Positions 49,679-58,302 of a stretch of 64,000 nucleotides of DNA are shown here, one piece after another. The position numbers were made by a program, and so were the translations under genes. The notes beneath the pieces were generated by a model that worked only from the letters and a program-made list of their open reading frames with translations, did not search any database and was not told the origin of the DNA. This DNA is from a virus (taxonomy: Duplodnaviria; Heunggongvirae; Uroviricota; Caudoviricetes): IMG/VR virus record IMGVR_UViG_3300027375_000001; one strand, written 5' to 3'. Numbering within the stretch: position 1 is the stretch's first letter; every line of letters begins with the position of its first letter.

Positions 49679-49852
49679 ATGAAACTTTTCCTTGCTTCGA
49701 TTTTATTTTTCCTAACCAGTTGTAGTGCTATCCATAAAATGGAATACAACAAATTGTCTGAAACAAACAAACAGGTTTACGATTGTTTGAATGACAATTT
49801 TCACCATAATGAAAAAATACAAATAATTAAATACTTCAATGAATCCCCTTAA
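49679..49852 (+). CDS. small lipoprotein (57 aa)
   Basis: Not in the ORF track (<60 aa). MKLFLASILFFLTSC|SAIHK... has a lipobox LTSC. Confidence 0.3.
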   Translation: MKLFLASILFFLTSCSAIHKMEYNKLSETNKQVYDCLNDNFHHNEKIQIIKYFNESP

Positions 49853-50189
49853 TGATTTCGGAAATGCAACGATATATGTCTATCATGAAGATGGGCACTA
49901 TGCCGAACGAAGTTTCTCCAGAAGAAGCTACGACACATTAACAGCACGATATGATAGGTTCCAAGGCTGGGTGTCTCCATATAGAGATATTGTATATTGG
50001 AATCGAGTCTATCGCATAGGCAATAACAGACCAACAGTGGTGCCCGACCATATCGTCGTATGGAAACAAGGGGATGCAACTGAGTATAAATACAACAAAG
50101 TTGTCATGTCGTTTGTCAATAAAATTTTGTCATGGATCCCACGAAAATGGGCAGTTCGACATAAAAGATGGCGCTGGCTTAAATGCTAA
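49839..50189 (+). CDS. hypothetical protein
   Basis: 116-aa ORF. Confidence 0.3.
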   Translation: MNPLNDFGNATIYVYHEDGHYAERSFSRRSYDTLTARYDRFQGWVSPYRDIVYWNRVYRIGNNRPTVVPDHIVVWKQGDATEYKYNKVVMSFVNKILSWIPRKWAVRHKRWRWLKC

Positions 50190-50229
50190 AATAGTTGATA
50201 CACATCACACCTCGAGCTATATTAACTAC

Positions 50230-51255
50230 ATGAAGCTCGCCTCTATTGAAACCATCGCTGCTGTCAAACATCATCCCAATGCAGATTCGTTGGATCTCGT
50301 TGGAGTTCTAGGATATGAATGCATCACTCTTAAAGACAAATATAAGGTAGGTGATCGTGTAGTCTTTATCCAGCCCGATACTGTTCTTCCAGATAAGCCC
50401 TGGGCTGAAATCTTTAAGAAAAAGTCGTCGCGAGTCAAAGCTATCAAGCTTCGAGGCGAATGGTCGTTTGGTATTATCATGGGACTTACCGAAGTAGACT
50501 CGTTATTCGATCTTCAAAATGTCGAAGTTGGTACTGAGATTAGTTCCCATATTGGGGTATATAAGTACGACCCACCTGCTCCAACCTCTCTGGATGCTAA
50601 AGGGAATCTGCCGTATAGTCTGGTGAAGACTGACGAAGAACGATTCCAGAACCTTATCGGGTTTCTCCCGTATGGTGAAAAGGTTGATGTCACCCTGAAG
50701 ATTGATGGGCAAAGTGCTACTTACTACGCACGCAAAGATCCGTCGACCGGAGAATGGTCTACTGGTGTTACTAGTCGCAATCTAGAAATCAAACCAGAAA
50801 CTAATAACAACTATACCAAGATCGTGAAGAAATACAATATTCTCGAGAAGCTTCTTGAGTATTGCAAACGGAACGACGTATCACTTGCTCTTCGAGGTGA
50901 AATCTATGGAGGCAATATCCAAAATTTCAGCAAGAACCCACACAGCAAAGGTCCCTTGGACTTTGCCGTATTCAGTGTCTTCAATCTTAATACCCTGAAG
51001 TATGAAAAGGAAGGCGACGCTGATTACTCCCCGAACGTGGCGGCTGTATTACAAATTCCTCATGTGCCGTTTGTAAACGACAATTACACTGTTGACTTTG
51101 AACACTCTGTGAGGCCGTTGCTATCCGAAGATATGATTAACTTCTACCAAAAAGGAATCAATCAAATCGATGGCAAACCCTTTGAAGGTGTAGTAGTTCG
51201 ACACAGCAAAGGTTCGTTCAAGATCATCAATCTCGATTACGACTCAAACAAATAA
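50230..51255 (+). CDS. RNA ligase with an N-terminal tRNA-binding OB (Myf-like) domain (Rnl5/DraRnl-like architecture)
   Basis: The start was moved to Met 50230. The N-terminus KHHPNADSLDLVGVLGYECITLKDKYKVGDRVVFIQPDTVLP matches the tRNA-binding OB-fold consensus (HPNADKL..V.VDvG......IVsGA.N...GD.V.VA..Ga.LP). It is followed by the nucleotidyltransferase motif I KxDG (TLKIDGQSATYYAR). Confidence 0.5.
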   Translation: MKLASIETIAAVKHHPNADSLDLVGVLGYECITLKDKYKVGDRVVFIQPDTVLPDKPWAEIFKKKSSRVKAIKLRGEWSFGIIMGLTEVDSLFDLQNVEVGTEISSHIGVYKYDPPAPTSLDAKGNLPYSLVKTDEERFQNLIGFLPYGEKVDVTLKIDGQSATYYARKDPSTGEWSTGVTSRNLEIKPETNNNYTKIVKKYNILEKLLEYCKRNDVSLALRGEIYGGNIQNFSKNPHSKGPLDFAVFSVFNLNTLKYEKEGDADYSPNVAAVLQIPHVPFVNDNYTVDFEHSVRPLLSEDMINFYQKGINQIDGKPFEGVVVRHSKGSFKIINLDYDSNK

Positions 51256-51417
51256 GCATAAATGTTTGCTGATAAGCAAACCCGATTGTATTGTATTAAA
51301 CAGAAAAGCAATGCCAACCACAATACCAACAAAGCCGCCGGCACCAACTAAACCAGCGAAACCGTTCAATCCAATCCGTAAACCAAGCCCAGGGCAACAC
51401 CCGAAACCAAAAGCGTA

Positions 51418-52485
51418 ATGAATACTAAAAATACATTTGAGTCGATGACCACTAACGTCAAGTATAGTTATGCAAACAGCGAGCGGCTGGCTCTTGTTTC
51501 CGAACACGAGTCCAAGCGCTACGGGATTGATCCTATGCTGATGGCGTCGAAGCATTACACCGATCTCGTCAATAAAGTTCTACACTACTCGAAGGCTCCA
51601 AGCATCAATCTCATGGAAATGCTTTTCCAGATGAAGAATGGAGTCAAGATCGCTTACGATCGAGAGAAGGAACATCGTGATGAGCTTTCTCGACTTGCAT
51701 TGAATACGATTCTAAACATGGAAGAGTTCAAGTTCATTCGGGATATGATTCAGGATGGAGATCTCAAGATCGATGCGAAGCTTGTAGATATGGATGCACT
51801 CGATATCAATGCTGACATGGATGAACTTCCGGAGAAAGAAGAAGATCCGGAGATTCGGTTTAGTCTGGCGGAAGTGATGTTTGATGATGATGAGCGGAAA
51901 GCTCGGAAAGTCCTCGCAAACAGCATTGCTCAAGGCTCAGCACTCAATACACAATATGCGTTTCACTTGGTTGAAGATGAACTAGAACGGCTTGGTTGTG
52001 CTTCACCGAATGTATATGGGTTTGTCATGTCATACGCAACACTGCTGTATTACACCATGCCAGATGGAATGCCTCCTATGGGAGCCGAACAAGGCGGTCA
52101 AGTCGATGTGGCAGAAGATGAAGAAGGGACGTATGTGATCAAAGCCCGTGGTGTGATCTTCCCAGTACTCCTTCAAGAAATTGTCAAAGGTATTTATCAA
52201 TATGTTTCTTTGACGGATGGATTGCGTGATGCAGAAGAAGGAGATGTAGCTTCGGAAATCAACGATATCATCGTGGGGCCTGAAATTGCTAACCTGTTCC
52301 GCAAATATATCAAGGAAGACGAATTGAAATACGTGGTCCCAGCGTTTCAGCAGATGCTCATTACACTGGATTCGGATGAGATCAAGGAAATCTTTACAGC
52401 TGAATGCGATAAGAATCCCCTCCGTGCTATCATCGATAGCATGAAGGAAGAGGAAGAAGATTGTGGTCGCCAATTTGATAGTTGA
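51418..52485 (+). CDS. hypothetical highly acidic protein
   Basis: 355-aa ORF, Glu/Asp-rich. Confidence 0.3.
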   Translation: MNTKNTFESMTTNVKYSYANSERLALVSEHESKRYGIDPMLMASKHYTDLVNKVLHYSKAPSINLMEMLFQMKNGVKIAYDREKEHRDELSRLALNTILNMEEFKFIRDMIQDGDLKIDAKLVDMDALDINADMDELPEKEEDPEIRFSLAEVMFDDDERKARKVLANSIAQGSALNTQYAFHLVEDELERLGCASPNVYGFVMSYATLLYYTMPDGMPPMGAEQGGQVDVAEDEEGTYVIKARGVIFPVLLQEIVKGIYQYVSLTDGLRDAEEGDVASEINDIIVGPEIANLFRKYIKEDELKYVVPAFQQMLITLDSDEIKEIFTAECDKNPLRAIIDSMKEEEEDCGRQFDS

Positions 52486-52516
52486 GCAACAACACACCAC
52501 GTAGTATATTTGTTAT

Positions 52517-52771
52517 ATGAAATGCAACTGCGGCAATCCAATCGAACAAGAGCGTCTTGAATTCAAATTGAGCACCTGCGTCCGATGTGCTCGAAGTCAA
52601 CCTCAAGAGCGACCTCGCGGCATTATGTTGTACGGTCACAAGACCGCCGGAGAAATCCAGATTGTCTCTCAAGAGGCATTTCAGGATTATCGAAAGTATA
52701 ATCCTTGTGGTCGGTATACTGGTCGTGGATCGGGGCTTCACCGTGTTTCTAGATCCACAGCCAGTATTTAA
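52517..52771 (+). CDS. TraR/DksA-type C4 zinc-finger protein
   Basis: CNCGNPIEQERLEFKLSTCVRCARS matches CxxC-(17)-CxxC of the TraR/DksA finger. Confidence 0.4.
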   Translation: MKCNCGNPIEQERLEFKLSTCVRCARSQPQERPRGIMLYGHKTAGEIQIVSQEAFQDYRKYNPCGRYTGRGSGLHRVSRSTASI

Positions 52772-52775
52772 TAAT

Positions 52776-53030
52776 ATGAATAATATGAATGATGCAAAGG
52801 TGTTTACAACTGAGGAATTGATAGGCAAAGAACTTACGACAAAACTCAAGAAGGACATTGATAAATACGAGATTCGAGGTGAGAAGGCAGACCAGATCAT
52901 GCAGTGGGCATTACTGACTTTGATAAACGCAAACATGCTCGAGATGATCCGCTCTGGTGAAGTAGATGTCGTTAATATAGAACCAGTCGAAATCCAAACA
53001 TACGAAGCGGTAATAGCCAATCCAATATGA
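52776..53030 (+). CDS. hypothetical protein (start moved to 52776)
   Basis: The listed ORF starts at 52587 and overlaps the zinc-finger gene in another frame. ATG (MNNMNDAKVF) follows directly after that gene's stop. Confidence 0.3.
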   Translation: MNNMNDAKVFTTEELIGKELTTKLKKDIDKYEIRGEKADQIMQWALLTLINANMLEMIRSGEVDVVNIEPVEIQTYEAVIANPI

Positions 53031-53398
53031 AATACGATCCTGTTGATTATGCTAGAGACGGTGTCGATAACGCATTTCGTTATCTCGGTCAAAAGGTAAA
53101 TGGCGAATTTGCTTACACCATTTTCGATCCAGTGCCGACAATTGGTCGAGATGAAATGTCTCGCAAATTTATTAACCATCTTGCTGAAACAGGAACACTC
53201 TATTGTGATCCACAAACCCTAAAAGAAAGTAAGTATCGTCGCCATCCATTCTTTGAATGGCTTCGAGATGCAATGCCAGATCTTAAATTCATGATGGTAA
53301 CCTTTATGGACCCGTACTCATACCTCGTTACTGATGACGATGACATGCAAGAAATCACAAATGAAGCTGTCGACGAAGAAACAGAAGATGAGGATTGA
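53027..53398 (+). CDS. hypothetical acidic protein
   Basis: 123-aa ORF with an ATGA overlap. Confidence 0.3.
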   Translation: MKYDPVDYARDGVDNAFRYLGQKVNGEFAYTIFDPVPTIGRDEMSRKFINHLAETGTLYCDPQTLKESKYRRHPFFEWLRDAMPDLKFMMVTFMDPYSYLVTDDDDMQEITNEAVDEETEDED

Positions 53399-53428
53399 TT
53401 AAAACACAACCCACTATTATAATATAAC

Positions 53429-53731
53429 ATGACAAACATCCGCATCATTCTCAACAACAAAGTCTACGAAGAAAATCAAAGAGACTACCAGATTGTGACG
53501 CAGGAATTTGAGTTTAATCTTCCTGCCAAATATGATGGAGAAGACGCTTGCGAAGCTGCATTTGCCATTACTAATGCACCCGAAGATGCACTAAGTGAGG
53601 AATGGGCTGCGATCGCGAGAGAGTATCGTCCGTTGCGTTCGGTATCAATTGGCGATGCTGTAGTGGTCAATGGCGTTAAATACTTCTGCATGAATGTCGG
53701 GTGGAGGCCGCTGACGAAATCGTCAGATTGA
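53429..53731 (+). CDS. hypothetical protein
   Basis: 100-aa ORF. Confidence 0.3.
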   Translation: MTNIRIILNNKVYEENQRDYQIVTQEFEFNLPAKYDGEDACEAAFAITNAPEDALSEEWAAIAREYRPLRSVSIGDAVVVNGVKYFCMNVGWRPLTKSSD

Positions 53732-53968
53732 GAATTGTGCTTAGCTAGTCGCCATGCTGTTAAGTAACAGTATATGGATTACGAAAGCATAAGCCAATTC
53801 TTAATGGAAACCTTTCATCTTACTGATTTCGAAAGAACTTGGTTGGAATCTAGATTCTCGCTGAGTGAAGACGATGAATCGATATGGTATAAAATCCTCA
53901 AGAAATATTATCTGACAAACTAAACAATATTTGATTAGATAACAACCACGAGGTATTGTATTATACAC

Positions 53969-54394
53969 ATGACACCAACAAACGATATCGTAGAGATTGC
54001 CAAACGCATTGCAATAAAGGCTCACGAAGGGCAATTTCGGCGAGATGGTGTTACTCCTTATATTAAACATCCCGAAGCTGTTGCATCGAGACTCACAGAC
54101 AATCCAGGTGTCGAAGCAGTGGCATGGCTTCATGATGTTCTGGAAGATACGTCAGTGACAGTCGAAGATCTACGAGATCAAGGGATTTCGAACCAAATCA
54201 TCGATATCGTCATCATGTTGACAAAAAAGAAAGACATTCCATACGACGAGTATATTAAAACCATTGCGTCGAACCGATTCGCAACAGAAGTCAAAATTGC
54301 AGACATGCTAGCAAATCTTAGTGATAGCCCAACAGAGGACCAAGTACTAAAGTATATGAAATCATTGCTTTATCTTCTCGACTCAAATAAATAA
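53969..54394 (+). CDS. (p)ppGpp hydrolase HD domain (small alarmone hydrolase, SpoT/Mesh1-like)
   Basis: AHEGQFRRDGVTPYIKHPEAVA...VAWLHDVLEDTSVTVEDL matches the SpoT/RelA hydrolase H..GQ.R..G.PY..HP...A and HD..EDT blocks. Confidence 0.6.
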   Translation: MTPTNDIVEIAKRIAIKAHEGQFRRDGVTPYIKHPEAVASRLTDNPGVEAVAWLHDVLEDTSVTVEDLRDQGISNQIIDIVIMLTKKKDIPYDEYIKTIASNRFATEVKIADMLANLSDSPTEDQVLKYMKSLLYLLDSNK

Positions 54395-54412
54395 ATCTAT
54401 CACACGAAACAT

Positions 54413-54488
54413 GGCCACGTAGTCCAATGGCAGAGGCAACGGACTTAAAATCCGTAGAGTGTCGGTTCGAGTCCGACCGTGGCTACCA
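54413..54488 (+). tRNA. class I tRNA with anticodon UAA (leucine codon UUA); exactly 76 nt with CCA
   Basis: ggccacg/cgtggct acceptor (G1.U72), anticodon arm acgga-CUUAAAA-tccgt, 5-nt variable loop agagt, T arm gtcgg-ttcgagt-ccgac, A73. The acceptor is almost identical to that of the CAA tRNA at 30947. Confidence 0.6.
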
Positions 54489-54845
54489 TTTATCGAAACG
54501 ATATAACCTCCCAAGTTACTTTAAGTACGCGAATGTCACTGCTACTACCAAGCTCCCCACAAACTCTTGATGCATGTGAATCATATAATTCTTTTGCTTC
54601 ACGATGGCTATAAGCCTTGTCAATAGGTTTCCAATCGTCCATGTGATCTCGTCGTTCAATCCAATATTCAGTAATCATTATTAATACTTATCACATGAAA
54701 AATAAAATTTCAATTAGCTTGCCCGTTAAAGAATGGATTGCAATCGTTGCACTTCTTGCGTTAAACCTCAAAGATGACATCCGGGAAAAAATTGAAAAGC
54801 AATTATTCGAACAGCACGACGAATAAACATAAGTAAGTATTATCC

Positions 54846-55370
54846 ATGAGACATTATACCGAGAACAATCGTCTTTGGGAATCATACTCCCAGACTGTAC
54901 AGATCGCAGAAGCAAGAGAGCTTTATGCGGGACAAATTAGACAACTCATTGAGCAATACATTGCTGATCCATCAAGAATCGATGAAGCTTGGTGGGATAA
55001 ACTCAAGGGCGCTGTTAGTGGCTTGGGAAGTGCTGCAGGAAGTGCAGTAGGGAGCGCGGCGAAGGCAGTAGGAAGAGGTGCTGCGCAAGTCGGTGCAAAC
55101 ATTAGCAATATTGCCAAGACGGGGGCAGCTGCAGCAGAGGCGAAGGCACAGGCAAGACAACTGACCAAACTTTTAACACAAGCAGATCAAATTATTCAAA
55201 AATTAGTGAGTCTTGACAGTAATTGGGAAGGTCTTCTAAATACAAGTCTTTCTCTTGATGATTTGAATGACGCAGCATCAAGTATTGTAGGATCGACCGC
55301 AGCGTCAGCAGGCGCAGCCCAGGCAGACGGCTTTACTAAAGGCGCGATGAATGCAATGAGAACACCATAA
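54846..55370 (+). CDS. hypothetical Ala/Gly-rich protein
   Basis: 174-aa ORF with a low-complexity AAGSAVGSAAKAVGRGAAQ core. A terminator follows. Confidence 0.3.
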   Translation: MRHYTENNRLWESYSQTVQIAEARELYAGQIRQLIEQYIADPSRIDEAWWDKLKGAVSGLGSAAGSAVGSAAKAVGRGAAQVGANISNIAKTGAAAAEAKAQARQLTKLLTQADQIIQKLVSLDSNWEGLLNTSLSLDDLNDAASSIVGSTAASAGAAQADGFTKGAMNAMRTP

Positions 55371-55410
55371 GATTCAAATTCATTTTCCGAATCATATTTC
55401 ATAGCAAAAA

Positions 55411-55436
55411 AGCACACTAAAACAGTGTGCTTTTTT
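55411..55436 (+). terminator. rho-independent terminator
   Basis: agcacactAAAACagtgtgcttttttg after the gene ending at 55370. Confidence 0.65.
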
Positions 55437-55471
55437 GTTGAATCTATACACACCATCATTGATAATAATAT

Positions 55472-55978
55472 ATGCAAGCAACCACAATCAAGAGACCAAA
55501 GTTCAGCGAAGATCAAATTGATTATACTGCCCCTGATGTTCAGAGGCTCATTGGTAGGTATTGTGATTGGCTAGATGCTTGCAATGAAGGTTCTTCTGAT
55601 GAAGAATGCATCTCTGATATAAAAAAGGTTTTCGGAAGGATCTCAAGATATGGGGTATTTACTGATGATGGCTTCAGTCTGGCTAAGTACATGGAAGACC
55701 ATCTATATTTAACAGGAGATTCTAATCTAGTAGAAATCCTCGATGATGCACCAGATATTGCACGGTCACATCATCGGGCTGCTGTTCTCAAGTGGACCAC
55801 TGAAAACAATTTAATCATACCGGAAAATATTGTAGGAAGTAAGTGCATTACCAGTGGAACATATAAGGGGATGTATGTAGTAGGGATCAGGGGTGATGAA
55901 TATAAGGTAGTGTTGAACGAAAACCAAAATAAATCCGGGGGATACATTGTTGAATTTGAAAGCATCCAGTTTGAGTAA
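55472..55978 (+). CDS. hypothetical protein
   Basis: 168-aa ORF. Confidence 0.3.
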   Translation: MQATTIKRPKFSEDQIDYTAPDVQRLIGRYCDWLDACNEGSSDEECISDIKKVFGRISRYGVFTDDGFSLAKYMEDHLYLTGDSNLVEILDDAPDIARSHHRAAVLKWTTENNLIIPENIVGSKCITSGTYKGMYVVGIRGDEYKVVLNENQNKSGGYIVEFESIQFE

Positions 55979-55996
55979 TCTTTAGAAAAAATTTAT

Positions 55997-56279
55997 GGGG
56001 GTGTAGCTTAAGGGTCAAAGCAGCCGACTTTAACGGGTCTTCTTATTAGAAATAGTAAGTTAGCAGAACTTAAATTCAGGGAACGCTTAACGGATAATGC
56101 CGATGCCAATCCTGAGCGAAGCCTCGAAAGAGGAACGTGCAGAGACTATAATAGTTCAATCTTACCGAGTCATGTCGAAGATTAAGGGATAGTCCAGACC
56201 ACAAACTATACAGGCGGCGAAAGCCGTAGTGGTAAGCATAATCGGTTGATTGTGGGTTCGAATCCCTCCGCCCCTACCA
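55997..56279 (+). tRNA. tRNA gene (probable anticodon CAU after splicing) interrupted by a group I intron
   Basis: 5' exon gggggtg-ta-gctt-aagggtca-aagc-a-gccga-cu| and 3' exon |cauaa-tcggt-tgatt-gtggg-ttcgaat-ccctc-cgcccct-a-cca together form a canonical cloverleaf. The middle ~207 nt carry group I core boxes. Confidence 0.6.
56030..56236 (+). other. group I self-splicing intron (ORF-less, ~207 nt) in the anticodon loop
   Basis: P-like aattcagggaac, R box gcAGAGACUAtaa (56139-56152), S box aagGGAUAGUCCag (56183-56198) with GACUA/UAGUC complementarity (P7). The intron follows U33 and ends with G (56236) before the 3' exon. Confidence 0.6.
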
Positions 56280-56353
56280 TATCACTAACATAAGCAGTTG
56301 AGTAAACAAACACCACGTTGTATAGTTATTAACAACCAAAGCATATAATAACT

Positions 56354-56872
56354 ATGATCGATCTGCGTAAGAACACTAAGGTGTCTATGAATAGGCAACC
56401 TTTGAAATCTTCTTCTATCTTTGCCTGTAGAGGTACTAATGTTAAATGGCCAACAATTCGCAAGGCATATCTTAATGATGCGAATGTAGATGCACTGAAA
56501 GAACATGCTACCACCAAAGGAAGATCTATTGTCTTTCTCGACGGCGAGTATATCACGAAGCTTAATAGATATGTAGGCAAGGCCCCGGAAGAAAGAGCAG
56601 TGTTCTTCGAATACATGGTTAGTGACAAGAATGTGAAAGGAGCGATATTTCTTCTCTGCTGGATTGGTAATTTCCATAATGGTTCAATAGCACACTTTGC
56701 GCCTCAATATCCTCAAATGAATTGTTGGATCGAGACAATGGGATTCGAAGCAGCGACCGCCTTTTTCGAAAAGAAAGCATTTGAATTATACAAAATCATT
56801 GTGAGTATTCTTCACGAAGGCAAACCAATCATCGACGACGAAGTTCGCAAATTTATTTTAGCAAATCAGTAA
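56354..56872 (+). CDS. hypothetical protein
   Basis: 172-aa ORF. It shares a conserved upstream element with the next gene. Confidence 0.3.
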   Translation: MIDLRKNTKVSMNRQPLKSSSIFACRGTNVKWPTIRKAYLNDANVDALKEHATTKGRSIVFLDGEYITKLNRYVGKAPEERAVFFEYMVSDKNVKGAIFLLCWIGNFHNGSIAHFAPQYPQMNCWIETMGFEAATAFFEKKAFELYKIIVSILHEGKPIIDDEVRKFILANQ

Positions 56873-56934
56873 CACATATCGGTTGATCGAACAAACACCA
56901 AGTGGTATAGTTATAAACACCAACGCACTTAATT

Positions 56935-57792
56935 ATGAATCTTATCTCAATCGAGCCAATCATCGAAGCAGTTAATAAAGTCACCAAAATCAAAGGCATT
57001 GACAATGAAGTGATCACTCAATGGCTGGTCAAGGCGGAGAAGCGCTTCTTCGAAAGTTCCGGCGAAATGTGCCGACATGAATTGCAAAACATTGTACGTA
57101 AATACAATCCAGCGAAAGGCGACGAGGATTGGAAAAAGAATGCTTATGTCGTGGTATATGATAATGGTCGCATTGATTTCCTTCTTCATGTGTGCGACTT
57201 CCTCTTGACCAAAGATGAAAAATATTTGTCGAAGCTCTACAAGAAGACTCCAGAAGATATCTACTGCAATGAGATTGAAGTCTGGGACGAGCAGATGGCT
57301 AACTCCGGGGCGTCTGTCGATAAGAATCAATTGGTCGAGGGTGTCGACTATAAGGTGATCCATGTGTTTGAAAACGGACATAAGATCATCGGTGCTCTTA
57401 CCGCAAAGGTGTGTCAATATGAGGGAGAGTCAATGGGCCACTGTGCGAAAAATGAATCGTACAAAGTCAAGCCAACTTCAATCATCAGCCTATGGGATCG
57501 AGGTAATAATCCTCACGTTACTATGGAACTCTCCCCACCATCCTCAAAGACCATTGTGCAAATCAAAGGCAAACAAAACCGGGCGCCAGTTGAAAAGTAT
57601 AAACAATATATCGTTGACTTCATCCAGAGCGAGAAATATAAGGTCACCCGTGATGGGGAGAACCTTGGAATGGTTTCTTTTGATAATGTGTACTACTTTA
57701 AAAATTCCGAAGAATTTGCGAAGGTTTACGAGACTGAAATTATTCCTCGCCAAAATGAGGCATTCGAGAAAATCAAAAAAATGATCAAGTAA
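56935..57792 (+). CDS. hypothetical protein
   Basis: 285-aa ORF. Confidence 0.3.
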   Translation: MNLISIEPIIEAVNKVTKIKGIDNEVITQWLVKAEKRFFESSGEMCRHELQNIVRKYNPAKGDEDWKKNAYVVVYDNGRIDFLLHVCDFLLTKDEKYLSKLYKKTPEDIYCNEIEVWDEQMANSGASVDKNQLVEGVDYKVIHVFENGHKIIGALTAKVCQYEGESMGHCAKNESYKVKPTSIISLWDRGNNPHVTMELSPPSSKTIVQIKGKQNRAPVEKYKQYIVDFIQSEKYKVTRDGENLGMVSFDNVYYFKNSEEFAKVYETEIIPRQNEAFEKIKKMIK

Positions 57793-57797
57793 GAAGT

Positions 57798-58001
57798 ATG
57801 GAGTCCAGCACTTTAGACAGTAAATTTAAAAAGAACCATTTTTTCCATTTGATCGAACGGATGGTTGCCGTTTATGTCGAAAAGAATGAAAAAGAATATG
57901 GTGCAGAGTATTGGGATAAATTTCAAGATGGGGTAGATGCCGCGGAAGACTTTATTGTCTTTTGGGAAAAGCCCAAGCAACACAATGAAGACAAATTGTA
58001 A
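57798..58001 (+). CDS. hypothetical small protein
   Basis: 67-aa ORF. Confidence 0.25.
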   Translation: MESSTLDSKFKKNHFFHLIERMVAVYVEKNEKEYGAEYWDKFQDGVDAAEDFIVFWEKPKQHNEDKL

Positions 58002-58272
58002 GAACTACGTAGAAGATCCATTCATTTGTGATTCGATGGGCGAACCAAAAGGTCAGTGTAGCAATTGTGGGTATAAGTGGTACGACCACGATCCAGCCGT
58101 TATTCCACCCGAACCAACTGCACACGAATACGTATTAGCAAAAGCAGTAGACTATTTAGCACAGAGCAAAAGACCAAAGGAGAATTGGCCTCAGTTCCTA
58201 AACTTAGTCAAAAGTACTAATATCTTTCGAGAGTCACAAATCAAACGATGGAATGACGAATATAACGCTTGA
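57937..58272 (+). CDS. Cys-rich zinc-ribbon protein
   Basis: CDSMGEPKGQCSNCGYKWYDH suggests a Cx8CxxC zinc ribbon. It overlaps the previous small ORF. Confidence 0.3.
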   Translation: MPRKTLLSFGKSPSNTMKTNCKNYVEDPFICDSMGEPKGQCSNCGYKWYDHDPAVIPPEPTAHEYVLAKAVDYLAQSKRPKENWPQFLNLVKSTNIFRESQIKRWNDEYNA

Positions 58273-58302
58273 TGAATAGAGAGCACTGATTTATAATATA
58301 CT

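Noticed and set aside
54691-54915. 74-aa minus-strand ORF
   Set aside because: It overlaps the start of the plus-strand gene 54846..55370. A plus-strand 43-aa ORF (54695..54826) is an alternative. Neither is supported well enough to annotate.
55997-56279. tmRNA (SsrA) hypothesis for the 283-nt tRNA-like RNA
   Set aside because: No G3.U70 pair. No tag reading frame ending in ..AA-stop. Presence of a D arm, anticodon half-stems and group I R/S boxes fits an intron-containing tRNA better.
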